Origin: Candidatus Omnitrophota bacterium | GTDB lineage: Bacteria; Omnitrophota; Gorgyraeia; Duberdicusellales; 4484-171 | DNA: 64,000 bases | Assembly: GCA_016935525.1 (NCBI GenBank) | Contig: JAFGQU010000015.1 | Span: 4,162-68,161 of the forward strand | Reading direction: 5' to 3' | Shown here: positions 29,492 through 38,527 of the stretch, piece after piece | How positions within the stretch are numbered: position 1 is the first letter of the stretch | Layout: the number at the start of each line of letters is the position of its first letter | Notes under the pieces: model-generated | What the model was told of the DNA's origin: nothing | Database searches by the model: none | What the model saw: only the letters and a program-made list of their open reading frames with translations | Translations under genes and position numbers: made by a program

Positions 29492-30855
29492 TCTTCTCTC
29501 ACCTTAGAAAGATTGACGAATTTCATGAACTCTTTCACGAACCCTACCGAGACACTTCCCACCGGACCGTTGCGCTGTTTGGCAATGATTACCTCAGCCA
29601 TCCCTTTATTTTCGGAAGTCGGGTTATAATATTCTTCCCTTAAAAGCAGCACTACCAGATCGGCATCCTGTTCAATAGCTCCCGATTCTCTTAAATCCGA
29701 TAATTGCGGCCGATGGTCTTGACGAGATTCGACCGCCCGAGAGAGCTGGCTCACCGCAATGATCGGGATATCCAATTCTTTAGACAGCGATTTGAGTGCC
29801 CGGGAAATCTCGGAGATCTCCTGTTGACGAGATTCCCCCCGATGAGCCGAACGAATCATCTGCAAATAATCGATTACCAGAAGTTTTATGTCATGGTGGG
29901 CTTTAAGACGCCGCCCTTTCGCACGGATCTCAAAAATATTCATCGCTGGAGTATCGTCAATGAATATCGGCGCTTCCGAAAGCCTCCCGGCGGCACTGGT
30001 CAATAACGGCCATTCATGGGGGGATAAAAATCCGGTACGCAATTTATGGATATCGACTTTGGCTTGTGAACATAAAAACCGCTGGATAAGCTGAGCCCGC
30101 GACATCTCCAGACTGAAAATAGCAATCGGAAATTTTTCTTCCACCGCGGCATATTCGGCAATATTACAGACAAAAGCACTTTTCCCCATTGACGGCCGGG
30201 CGGCAATAATAATGAGATCTCCATTCTGTAACCCTGCGGTTTTCACATCAAAATCAATAAAACCGGTGGGAAATCCGGTAATATGCGATTTTTTATGATA
30301 CAGTGATTCAATCACTTCGATACTATCCTTTAATACCTCTTTAATATGGATATAACTGCCTTCCACCCGACGTTCACTGATCTCAAAGATCAATCGTTCG
30401 GCATGATCAAGGACACTACTTACCTCTTCTTCTCCTTTATACGACATCGAGAGAATCTGGGTAGCGTTCTGGATCAATAAACGCAAGATGCTTTTCTCAC
30501 GCACGATACGGGCGTAGTAAGCGATATTGCTCGATGAGGGGACAAAATCGGTAAGCGTCGCTAAATAGGCTGCGCCGCCTACTTTTTCGAGCGCCTTTCT
30601 TCTGGTAAGATCTTCAGAAATGGTAAGGATATCGACTTTTTTCCTTTGATCGAAAAGGCTTACCATCGAAGAAAAAATAAGCGCATGTTCCTGCTTATAG
30701 AAACTGCGCTCATCAAGATGTTCCAACGCTTCAGGGATAACCCCGTCATCTAAAAGCATTGCCCCCAACACGGCCATTTCCGCTTCAATATTCTGAGGAG
30801 GAAGCTTATCGATTTCGGGCTGGGTAGAAGAAATGTTCATTTTTTCACTATCCAT
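29488..30855 (-). CDS. dnaB: Replicative DNA helicase
   Basis: 455 aa. N-terminal DnaB domain, Walker A GARPSMGKSAF, and a RecA-like C-terminal domain. Typical rplI-dnaB linkage. Confidence 0.9.
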   Translation of the reverse strand: MDSEKMNISSTQPEIDKLPPQNIEAEMAVLGAMLLDDGVIPEALEHLDERSFYKQEHALIFSSMVSLFDQRKKVDILTISEDLTRRKALEKVGGAAYLATLTDFVPSSSNIAYYARIVREKSILRLLIQNATQILSMSYKGEEEVSSVLDHAERLIFEISERRVEGSYIHIKEVLKDSIEVIESLYHKKSHITGFPTGFIDFDVKTAGLQNGDLIIIAARPSMGKSAFVCNIAEYAAVEEKFPIAIFSLEMSRAQLIQRFLCSQAKVDIHKLRTGFLSPHEWPLLTSAAGRLSEAPIFIDDTPAMNIFEIRAKGRRLKAHHDIKLLVIDYLQMIRSAHRGESRQQEISEISRALKSLSKELDIPIIAVSQLSRAVESRQDHRPQLSDLRESGAIEQDADLVVLLLREEYYNPTSENKGMAEVIIAKQRNGPVGSVSVGFVKEFMKFVNLSKVRED

Positions 30856-31280
30856 ATCCGCAAATTGGCGGTTACGGCAGGATGTAATTTGACGGTTATA
30901 TTATATACACCCAATTTTCTTATCGGCTCTGACGAGACGATCGCGTTTTCATCGACTTCGATGTTTTCCTCACGCAACCCTTTGACGATTTGGGATATAC
31001 TTACTGAACCGTAGAGCTCATCATCTTCTTTGGCTTCCATGGTCATGGTCAGAGAAAGTTTCTCGATCTGCTCTTTAACCAGTACCGCCTGTTCTTCTTT
31101 CTTTTTAAGCGCTTTACTTTCCCTCACACGAAGTTCTTCCAGCTTCTGGAAATTATCCTTAGTTGCCGCTATGGCAAATCCCCGGGGGATCAGAAAATTA
31201 CGGGCATACCCGTCTTTAGCTTCGACGACATCACCGCTTTTACCTAACTTTCGATATTCTTTCACCATAATTATTTTCAT
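30837..31280 (-). CDS. rplI: 50S ribosomal protein L9
   Basis: 147 aa. N-terminus MKIIMVKEYRKLGKSGDVVEAKDGYARNFLIPRGFA matches the L9 N-domain. Confidence 0.9.
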   Translation of the reverse strand: MKIIMVKEYRKLGKSGDVVEAKDGYARNFLIPRGFAIAATKDNFQKLEELRVRESKALKKKEEQAVLVKEQIEKLSLTMTMEAKEDDELYGSVSISQIVKGLREENIEVDENAIVSSEPIRKLGVYNITVKLHPAVTANLRIWIVKK

Positions 31281-31293
31281 GTAAACTCCTTGG

Positions 31294-31530
31294 TTACTTT
31301 CCTATATAGGGAAGTAAACTTAAAAAGCGCGCTCGTTTGATCTCGACGGTTATTTTCCGCTGGTGTTTGGCGCAATTGCCCGAAAATCGGCGGGAAACGA
31401 TCTTGCCCTTGGAAGAAACGTATCGCGAAAGAAGCGTAATATCTTTATAATCGATATCTACTTCTTTTTTGCAGAACGCACAACTTTTTTTAAACAACAC
31501 CTGTTTGGTCCGCTTTTTCTTGATTATCAT
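31294..31530 (-). CDS. rpsR: 30S ribosomal protein S18
   Basis: 78 aa. [44 protein letters not shown] is the canonical S18 core. Confidence 0.9.
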   Translation of the reverse strand: MIIKKKRTKQVLFKKSCAFCKKEVDIDYKDITLLSRYVSSKGKIVSRRFSGNCAKHQRKITVEIKRARFLSLLPYIGK

Positions 31531-31541
31531 GTATCTGCCTC

Positions 31542-31961
31542 CTATTCCTCTGGACTATAATTTTCTAAAGGGACTGCTTCCTCCGGTTCATTTCCCAGAT
31601 CAATATCGGAAGTAGCCTGCGCCCGGGCACCGCCTTGAGGGAGAAACTGTACCCGCCCGGCACGGACTTCAATGGTACTGCGGTTTTTCCCTTCGGAATT
31701 CTGCCAGGTGCGGGATTGCAATCGGCCTTCGACAAGGATCGCTCGCCCTTTTTGAAGGTATTGATTACACACCTCAGCCATCTGCCCCCAGGCAATCACA
31801 TTAATAAAACAAGTCTCCTTTTTTGCTTCACCAGCTCGATCTTTAAACATGGTATTGACCGCGATCCTTAATGTCGCAACTGCCGCCCCCTGAGGCGTAT
31901 AACGCAATTGCGGGTCCTGGGTTAAATTCCCTACTAAAAATATCTTATTTAGATTAACCAC
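31542..31961 (-). CDS. ssb: Single-stranded DNA-binding protein
   Basis: 139 aa. OB-fold [36 protein letters not shown] with an acidic C-terminal tail ([14 protein letters not shown]). Confidence 0.85.
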   Translation of the reverse strand: MVNLNKIFLVGNLTQDPQLRYTPQGAAVATLRIAVNTMFKDRAGEAKKETCFINVIAWGQMAEVCNQYLQKGRAILVEGRLQSRTWQNSEGKNRSTIEVRAGRVQFLPQGGARAQATSDIDLGNEPEEAVPLENYSPEE

Positions 31962-31971
31962 GCCTACCCCC

Positions 31972-32289
31972 TTATATTTTACTTCTCCTAAATATAACGC
32001 TTCTTAAGATATCTTCTTCTAAACGGACCGTTTCTTTTAAATCCCCGAGATGCTCGATATCCAGGGAAAAATCAAGTAACCAATACAAACCGCGATCGTA
32101 CTTCTTCCGGCCGGTACCCCGGGATTGGATCGCATAACAAAAATTTCTTTCTTTTGCCCATACTTTTGCTTCAACGACTTTTCCGCCCAAATCTTTGATT
32201 TTTTTGGTGATTTTATCGAATATTTTTTCTCTTACTTCATCGGTAAGTTCCGGCCGCAAAATCATCATTGATTCATAGGTACGTTCCAT
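31972..32289 (-). CDS. rpsF: 30S ribosomal protein S6
   Basis: 105 aa. MERTYESMMILRPELTDEV...KVWAKERNFCYAI matches S6. Confidence 0.9.
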   Translation of the reverse strand: MERTYESMMILRPELTDEVREKIFDKITKKIKDLGGKVVEAKVWAKERNFCYAIQSRGTGRKKYDRGLYWLLDFSLDIEHLGDLKETVRLEEDILRSVIFRRSKI

Positions 32290-32295
32290 TAGTCC

Positions 32296-32859
32296 TCACT
32301 TTCTTTGATTATATTTCTGCATCACTTGTTCAATTCCATACTGGACCCACTCCCGGCAGGCAGTCTCAGCCTGGGTAAGGGCTTGGTCTATCACCACAGT
32401 TTCATCATCATTAAAATCCGATAATACGTATTCCACAGGATCCATATCCTGAGGCCGGGATATCCCTATTTTTAAGCGGGGGATATCCTGAGTACGCAGT
32501 GTAGCCAAGATCGAATCAAGCCCATTATGCCCGGCAGCCCGGCCCGAACGCGCGAACTTGATACGACCCAATTCTATATCCATATCGTCATACACGATAA
32601 GCAGGTCGTTTACATCATACCCTCTCGGGAGACACCTGGCGAGGGCACTTCCGGAATGATTCATAAAGGTAAGCGGTTTTACCAGAAGCACTTCCTGGCC
32701 ATATAGTTTTTCTTGAATAATATAAGCCCGTTTTAACAAAGAACGGCGGAACGACACCCCGGTTTTTTTCGCGATCCGGTCAACAGCCATAAATCCGGTA
32801 TTATGCCGATTACGGCAATATGTGCTGCCGGGATTGCCTAAGCCAACGATTACTTTCAA
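32296..32859 (-). CDS. pth: Peptidyl-tRNA hydrolase
   Basis: 187 aa. MKVIVGLGNPGSTYCRNRHNTGFMAVD is the classic Pth N-terminus with the catalytic His. Confidence 0.9.
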   Translation of the reverse strand: MKVIVGLGNPGSTYCRNRHNTGFMAVDRIAKKTGVSFRRSLLKRAYIIQEKLYGQEVLLVKPLTFMNHSGSALARCLPRGYDVNDLLIVYDDMDIELGRIKFARSGRAAGHNGLDSILATLRTQDIPRLKIGISRPQDMDPVEYVLSDFNDDETVVIDQALTQAETACREWVQYGIEQVMQKYNQRK

Positions 32860-32900
32860 TGCGAAATATATTTATGAGGAGACCAGAAAGTTTTATGGAT

Positions 32901-33590
32901 CTATTCTTTTTCTTTTCCTTTTTCTTTCTGGCCCTCTTGGGGTTTCTTTTCTTTAATCACTTCCGGTTCGGCCGGTGCAGCTCCCTCTACTATCGCCGCC
33001 TCCGCGGGGGGTTCCTCAGGCTCTTCTTCTTTTGCGGCTAAGATAGCGATGGTGTCCTCGGTATGACTCAAGATCTTTATCTTTTCGCCTACATTAAGAC
33101 TTCCGACGTGGATCGAGTCGCCCAGTTCTAAAGAAGAGACATCTACTTCGATTGCTTCCGGCAAGTCCATAGGAAAAGCTTCGATCTCCACTTCCCGCAA
33201 TAAATGCTCAAGTATTGCGCCATCTTTTACCGCGGCCGGCTCGCCTTTAAGTACCAGCGGCACTCTGACCCGGATCTTCTCTTTCATGGATACTTTCAAA
33301 AAATCAATATGGATCACCTCTTCGGTGAGCGGATGGAACTGGACATCCTTGATTACCGCCGCAACCGGCTCCTGATCTTTCGCCGAATGATCCATAACGA
33401 TCTCTACGAGAGCGCTTTCGGAGAAACGATGGGCTCTTAACACTTTCAACTCGGCAATCGGGATCTTGATCGATTGGTTAGTTTTTTTCCCGTAAATAAT
33501 CGCCGGGATGAATCCCTGTTTACGTATTTTTTTTGCTTTTTCTTGGGTGGTGATTTCTCGAGGATCTCCTTTAATCTGAATTTTCTCCAT
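32901..33590 (-). CDS. rplY: 50S ribosomal protein L25 / general stress protein Ctc
   Basis: 229 aa. N-terminal L25 domain (RKQGFIPAIIYGK), a Ctc-type beta-barrel extension, and an acidic/lysine-rich tail. Confidence 0.85.
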   Translation of the reverse strand: MEKIQIKGDPREITTQEKAKKIRKQGFIPAIIYGKKTNQSIKIPIAELKVLRAHRFSESALVEIVMDHSAKDQEPVAAVIKDVQFHPLTEEVIHIDFLKVSMKEKIRVRVPLVLKGEPAAVKDGAILEHLLREVEIEAFPMDLPEAIEVDVSSLELGDSIHVGSLNVGEKIKILSHTEDTIAILAAKEEEPEEPPAEAAIVEGAAPAEPEVIKEKKPQEGQKEKGKEKE

Positions 33591-33592
33591 TG

Positions 33593-34531
33593 CTAGCTCC
33601 TTATTGAATCAAACAAGATACTGATTGATTGTTCCAGATAAATTCTCTTTATTGCTTCGGCAAACAATTTACTCACGGTAACCACTCTGATTTTTTTACT
33701 CTTTTTTTCTGCCGCTAACGGTATCGAATCGGTCATCACTAAAAAGTCTATGGGAGAATTCTCGATCTTCTCGACCGCGTTCGCCGAAAGTATTCCATGA
33801 GTAATACAGGCATATATCTTCTTTGCGCCGGTTTTTTTTATCGCCCGGGACGCTTCCACCAACGAACTGCCTGTCGCGACAATGTCATCGACTAAAATGA
33901 CATTCTTGCCTTTTACTTCGCCTAAAATATGCATCACTTCCGTGGCATCCGGCGAATTACGCCGTTTATCGACAATCGCCAACCCCGCACCAAAACGTTT
34001 TGCGTAAGCCCGGGCCATCTTGATACCGCCGACATCGGGAGAACCGATAACCAGATTATTGAGGCGGATCTTCTTAAAATAATCGATAAATACATTTACC
34101 GCATAAAGATGATCTAACGGTATGTCAAAGAATCCCTGGAGCTGGCCGGCATGTAAATCCAGAGTTAAGACCCGGTGAGCTCCCGATCCGACCAGGAGAT
34201 TGGCGACCAATTTGGCGGTAATCGGTACCCGCGGTTGATCTTTCCGGTCTTGACGAGCGTAGCCAAAATAAGGGATCACTGCCGTAAGCCGTTTAGGGGA
34301 TGCCCGGCGCAGAGCATCAAGCATGATCAAAAATTCCATCAAGTTTTCATTGACCGGCGGACAGGTCGATTGGATGACAAATACGTCTTTACCGCGCAAG
34401 TTTTCCTGTATCTCCACGCGAACTTCTCCATCACTGAACCGCCCGATGAGCGCCCGGCCCAGTTTAAGACCTAATTCTTTACAGATTTTTTTGGCAAGAT
34501 CCGGATTAGAATTACCGCTGAACACTAACAC
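33593..34531 (-). CDS. prs: Ribose-phosphate pyrophosphokinase
   Basis: 312 aa. PRPP-binding motifs (NLVIGSPDVGGIKMARAYA; VILVDDIVATGSSL). Confidence 0.9.
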   Translation of the reverse strand: MLVFSGNSNPDLAKKICKELGLKLGRALIGRFSDGEVRVEIQENLRGKDVFVIQSTCPPVNENLMEFLIMLDALRRASPKRLTAVIPYFGYARQDRKDQPRVPITAKLVANLLVGSGAHRVLTLDLHAGQLQGFFDIPLDHLYAVNVFIDYFKKIRLNNLVIGSPDVGGIKMARAYAKRFGAGLAIVDKRRNSPDATEVMHILGEVKGKNVILVDDIVATGSSLVEASRAIKKTGAKKIYACITHGILSANAVEKIENSPIDFLVMTDSIPLAAEKKSKKIRVVTVSKLFAEAIKRIYLEQSISILFDSIRS

Positions 34532-34535
34532 CGCA

Positions 34536-35792
34536 CTACCCTTTCTTTTTAGAGAATGTACGAGCCGGAACTCCCACTACAGTCGTATTCTTTTTCACGT
34601 TTTTAGTCACCACACATCCGGCTCCGGTCCTGGCGTTATCGCCGATAGCCAGCGGAGCAACAATAACCGTATCTGAACCGATAAATACGTTTTTACCGAC
34701 TACCGTCTTATTTTTATTCCGGCCGTCGTAATTAGCAAAAACCGCTCCCGCACCGATGTTTGACCCCTGGCCGATATACGCATCGCCGATATAACTAAAA
34801 TGTTTCGCCCGGACATGTTTTCCTAAGACCGAACGATTGATTTCAGTGAAGTTCCCGACGCTGGTATCGTCTTTAATTATACTGCCTTTGCGCACTCGGG
34901 CGAAAGGCCCAATGCGACAATTGCTGCCAATTATAACATCATTTTCTATAAAGGTAAAGGGGTAAATTATCGTGTCGGCCCCGATTTTCACTCCACAATG
35001 AACATAGGTCGTATCCGGATCGATAATTCTGACCCCGACACCCATTGCTTTTTCTAAAAGCCTCTTGTTCAATGACTTATAAGCAAAAGCCAGGTCGCCC
35101 AGATCATTGACCCCCATGATCTGGGTCCAATCATCAATAAATACGCTCTCGGTTTTATAGCGATTTTGGTTGAAAATCTCGATAATATCGGTTACATAAT
35201 ATTCTTTTTTATGAGGATTCATCCTGATCTTTTTGAGACCCCCAATGAGATGTTTTTTAGAAAAACAATACATACCGCTATTGACTTCGTCTATACGCTG
35301 TTTTAAATCGCGTTTTTCGATGATCCGGGCTATCTTCCCCTGCCGGTCCCGGAAAATCCTTCCCAGCGAGTTTTCATAAGGGAGACTGCTGGTCGCAACC
35401 AACGCGCAGGATTTCGTGCGGCGGTATGTCTTCAGAAAATGAATAAGAGTAGCTTTGGTCATTAACGGAGTATCTCCGCACATAACGAGCACATCACTTC
35501 CCTTAGTTTTGGCAAGTCCGGCTTCGACGGCCTTGGCGGTCCCGTTGAGTTTCTTTTGATAGGCAAATTTTATTTTAGGAAAAGCTTTACGGATGACCGG
35601 CTCGATGATCTCTTTCTGGTGGCCGAGCACGACGATTATCTCGGAAATCGCTCTCACAACATCTAATTGTGCTAGCAGATGGAAAATAAGCGGCCGACCG
35701 CCTAAGTCGAGGATGATTTTAGGTGTTTTTTGTTTAATCCGGGTGCTTTTCCCGGCGGCGAGAATAATTGCGCTTATGCCTGCTTTGCTCAT
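34536..35792 (-). CDS. glmU: Bifunctional UDP-N-acetylglucosamine pyrophosphorylase / glucosamine-1-phosphate N-acetyltransferase (shortened GlmU-like)
   Basis: 418 aa. The N-terminal nucleotidyltransferase fold (AIILAAGKSTRIKQKTPK) is followed by a C-terminal left-handed beta-helix. Conserved position upstream of prs. Confidence 0.75.
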   Translation of the reverse strand: MSKAGISAIILAAGKSTRIKQKTPKIILDLGGRPLIFHLLAQLDVVRAISEIIVVLGHQKEIIEPVIRKAFPKIKFAYQKKLNGTAKAVEAGLAKTKGSDVLVMCGDTPLMTKATLIHFLKTYRRTKSCALVATSSLPYENSLGRIFRDRQGKIARIIEKRDLKQRIDEVNSGMYCFSKKHLIGGLKKIRMNPHKKEYYVTDIIEIFNQNRYKTESVFIDDWTQIMGVNDLGDLAFAYKSLNKRLLEKAMGVGVRIIDPDTTYVHCGVKIGADTIIYPFTFIENDVIIGSNCRIGPFARVRKGSIIKDDTSVGNFTEINRSVLGKHVRAKHFSYIGDAYIGQGSNIGAGAVFANYDGRNKNKTVVGKNVFIGSDTVIVAPLAIGDNARTGAGCVVTKNVKKNTTVVGVPARTFSKKKG

Positions 35793-36071
35793 TTAACCAT
35801 ACATTTTTATTTTCCCTTTAATAATTGATCAATCCCGATAGCATTTTACAGATAAATTCTCTTTTAAAACTTTAGCCTGTGCTTCTTCAATCAATCCTTT
35901 TCTTTTGCATAATTCCAGAATCGGTATACATTCGAAAGCAGAACCTCGGGATATTCTAAAAAAATTCTTCCTGTCAGCCTTGCTATACTTACCGTAGACC
36001 GCATTGAGTCTTTATTCTTGCTCTTGTTCTATTTTCTATTGCTCCACCATAAATTTGCTCTCGCAAATCTA

Positions 36072-36146
36072 TGGTTGCCCGGTGAGGACTCGAACCTCAA
36101 AACTCAGCTCCAAAAGCTGATGTGTTACCGATTACACTACCGGGCA
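36072..36146 (-). tRNA. tRNA-Gln, anticodon UUG, with an encoded CCA end
   Basis: Reverse complement TGCCCGGTAGTGTAATCGGTAACACATCAGCTTTTGGAGCTGAGTTTTGAGGTTCGAGTCCTCACCGGGCAACCA folds as a cloverleaf: 7-bp acceptor stem TGCCCGG/CCGGGCA, D-arm GTGT/ACAC, anticodon stem TCAGC/GCTGA with loop TTTTGGA (anticodon TTG), and T-arm TGAGG-TTCGAGT-CCTCA. Confidence 0.8.
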
Positions 36147-36294
36147 TCAATCGTTCTTTTTATCCACCACTCACATCTTATTTCTACAGAAAAAAACCGG
36201 GTTTAAATAAAATTGATTACGTCCCCAGGGAGTGGGTTTGTATATACTATCCGTGTAAAGAACACCTTTTCACGAATATATATGGACACTGCAG

Positions 36295-36735
36295 TTACAA
36301 AGAAGAAGAGGATTCCTTCTCTACATCTACAGGTTCTCTCTCAGGTATACTTGACTGTCCGGAATCTTGATTCTGCTTTTCCTGATAATAGGCATCAAGG
36401 ACCCTGCTCTGTAAATAATCGCGAAACTCCTGATTGATCGGATGAGCGAGATCCTGATGCATCCCCTGTTTGTTCTGCGTGAGATCTTTTGGTGGCGGAG
36501 GGGCTTGGACGCCGCACCAGTTGCAGAAACGGGAGCCTACTTCTACTTTTTTGCCGCAGCGAGTACAAAAATTTTTCATCTTTCGTGCCGGCATCGCGAC
36601 AAAAAGGCCTTGATTACCTTCTACGACTTTGATATTCCTCACCACAAAAGAATTATCAAAAGTAACAGTCGCATATGCTTTGAGTCTCTTTGATTCACCC
36701 TCACGAAGAGAAATCCTGACCTCAGTAATCTCCAT
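36295..36735 (-). CDS. spoVG: SpoVG-family protein carrying an inserted Cys4 zinc-ribbon and a C-terminal acidic/polar extension
   Basis: 146 aa. MEITEVRISL...NQGLFVAMPARK and LAHPINQEFRDYLQ match the SpoVG core. Between them lies a roughly 33-aa insertion, NFCTRCGKKVEVGSRFCNWCGVQAPPPPKDLTQNKQGMHQD, containing CxxC...CxxC. Confidence 0.8.
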   Translation of the reverse strand: MEITEVRISLREGESKRLKAYATVTFDNSFVVRNIKVVEGNQGLFVAMPARKMKNFCTRCGKKVEVGSRFCNWCGVQAPPPPKDLTQNKQGMHQDLAHPINQEFRDYLQSRVLDAYYQEKQNQDSGQSSIPEREPVDVEKESSSSL

Positions 36736-36751
36736 AGAAAAACCCTCCTTT

Positions 36752-37636
36752 TTACAACCCTCTCGCTCTGTACACCTTCCAAGCTTTTGGCAAATTCATT
36801 TTTAGTTCGGCATACTCTTTCGGTCTATGTAAGACTTTAAAAAATGCACTTCCGCTTCCGCTCATTGTAAATCCTAAGTTCTTCAGGAGGGCCCTATGTT
36901 TCTGCAATCTTACTGAAGACACAAAGGCGCTCGCTTCTAACGCATTAAACATAACCTGTGACAAAAGCAGTGTATCATTATGTTTCAACGCATGATATAT
37001 AATGTTAGCATTGTCGAGAAACTTTGTCAATTTTACTTTTGTCAGTTCATAGATCTTCCGCGTAGAAAGGCACAGCCGGGGGTATACAATGCAGTAATCC
37101 AGAGCCGCGGGAAATTGTAAAGGAATGACGTTGTCTCCTTTTCCCAAAAGATACGCAAAGGAATGCTGCGAAATAAAGAAGTTCACATCGCTTCCCAGAC
37201 GCGCCCCCAATCGATATAACTCTTTTTGAGTGAGACCTAACGTAAGCAGGCTATTTATACCTAAAAGTGTCGATGCGGCATCGGAAGATCCTCCTCCCAG
37301 GCCCGCGCCCTGAGGAATATGCTTGATAAGATCCAATCGGAATCCACCCTTGATACCGATATGGCCGGTGATGAGGCGGGCGGCTTGCAGACAGAGGTTA
37401 GACTCACTCTCGAGCGACTTATCGTTACAGCGCATATCGAACCCAGGCCGCCTACGATAACTGATCGTAAGCTCATCGGTCAAATCAATACGTTGTACGA
37501 TCGATTCTATACGATGGAATCCGTTTCGGTATTTGCCTAAAATATTCAGGTAAAGGTTGAGTTTTGCCGGAGGACGGACATTAATCGCGCAAGAGCTCCT
37601 CGGCCTTATGCGCAATTGCTTTTGCGGACAGTTCAT
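36752..37636 (-). CDS. ispE: 4-diphosphocytidyl-2-C-methyl-D-erythritol kinase
   Basis: 294 aa GHMP kinase. PAKLNLYLNILGKYRNGFHRIESI is the IspE N-terminal signature, and GAGLGGGSSDAAS is the GHMP ATP-binding motif. The track start overlaps the transketolase gene by about 55 nt, so the true start is likely downstream. Confidence 0.8.
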   Translation of the reverse strand: MNCPQKQLRIRPRSSCAINVRPPAKLNLYLNILGKYRNGFHRIESIVQRIDLTDELTISYRRRPGFDMRCNDKSLESESNLCLQAARLITGHIGIKGGFRLDLIKHIPQGAGLGGGSSDAASTLLGINSLLTLGLTQKELYRLGARLGSDVNFFISQHSFAYLLGKGDNVIPLQFPAALDYCIVYPRLCLSTRKIYELTKVKLTKFLDNANIIYHALKHNDTLLLSQVMFNALEASAFVSSVRLQKHRALLKNLGFTMSGSGSAFFKVLHRPKEYAELKMNLPKAWKVYRARGL

Positions 37637-38519
37637 ACTTCTCCATTAATTCCTGAGGAGAACCCGATTGACCAAAACGGTCATTGACTGCGACACTGGC
37701 TACTTTGACCGGATACACTCCGGAAAGGAATTCACATACCGAAGAGTAAAGCCCTCCCCGGCTTTGATGCTCTTCACATACTATCAGTTTTTTATACCGC
37801 TTAGCGAGAGCAAGGACTAATTCTTCATCAAGCGGTTTTATCGTATGAATATTGGCGACAGCGATATCGATCCCTTTTTCTTTGAGGATCCCCCGGGCAA
37901 GAACCGCTTCATTGACCATGATCCCGCAGGCGATCACCGCCAGATCACCGCCTTCGGAGAGCATATAGCCTTTACCCACTACAAATTCTTTTCTTTGGCT
38001 AAGGGTGGGGATCTTTGAACGGCCTAAACGGATATAAAAAGGACCGGGCGTTTTATACACCGTACGTATCGTATCGCGTGCCTCATGGGCGTCGGCGGGA
38101 ACTATGATCCGGATATGAGGAATAGAACGAAGAAACGCCACATCCTCCAACGCTTGATGAGACGCGCCGTCTTCACCTACGGTAATCCCCCCGTGAGTGG
38201 CTACGATCTTCACATTTAATCGATTATAACAAATGGAATTACGGATCTGATCTAACGGGCGGGCGGTAGCGAACATAGCGAAAGTCGAAGCAAACACTAT
38301 CTTGCCGCAACTGGCCAGCCCGGCGGCGGCGGCCATCATATTCTGTTCGGCGACTCCGAAATTAAAAAACCGGTCGGGAAATTCCCGGGCAAACAACGCC
38401 GTTCTTGTCGAACCGGAAAGATCGGCATCGAGCACGACTATATTGGGATCTTCTTTGCCCAGTTCGACAAGAGTCTGGCCATATACATCCCGGGCATACA
38501 ATTTCTCTTGTTCAGTCAT
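37581..38519 (-). CDS. Transketolase, C-terminal (pyrimidine-binding) subunit of a split enzyme
   Basis: 312 aa. The Pyr and C-terminal domains of transketolase (FGVAEQNMMAAAAGLA...) are encoded separately from the N-terminal subunit. Confidence 0.85.
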   Translation of the reverse strand: MTEQEKLYARDVYGQTLVELGKEDPNIVVLDADLSGSTRTALFAREFPDRFFNFGVAEQNMMAAAAGLASCGKIVFASTFAMFATARPLDQIRNSICYNRLNVKIVATHGGITVGEDGASHQALEDVAFLRSIPHIRIIVPADAHEARDTIRTVYKTPGPFYIRLGRSKIPTLSQRKEFVVGKGYMLSEGGDLAVIACGIMVNEAVLARGILKEKGIDIAVANIHTIKPLDEELVLALAKRYKKLIVCEEHQSRGGLYSSVCEFLSGVYPVKVASVAVNDRFGQSGSPQELMEKYELSAKAIAHKAEELLRD

Positions 38520-38527
38520 GTATTCCT

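Noticed and set aside
36072-36146. Whether tRNA-Gln marks an integrated mobile element or genomic island
   Set aside because: There is no integrase, no direct repeat of the tRNA 3' end, and no compositional shift nearby. The flanking genes are the conserved spoVG and glmU neighbours.
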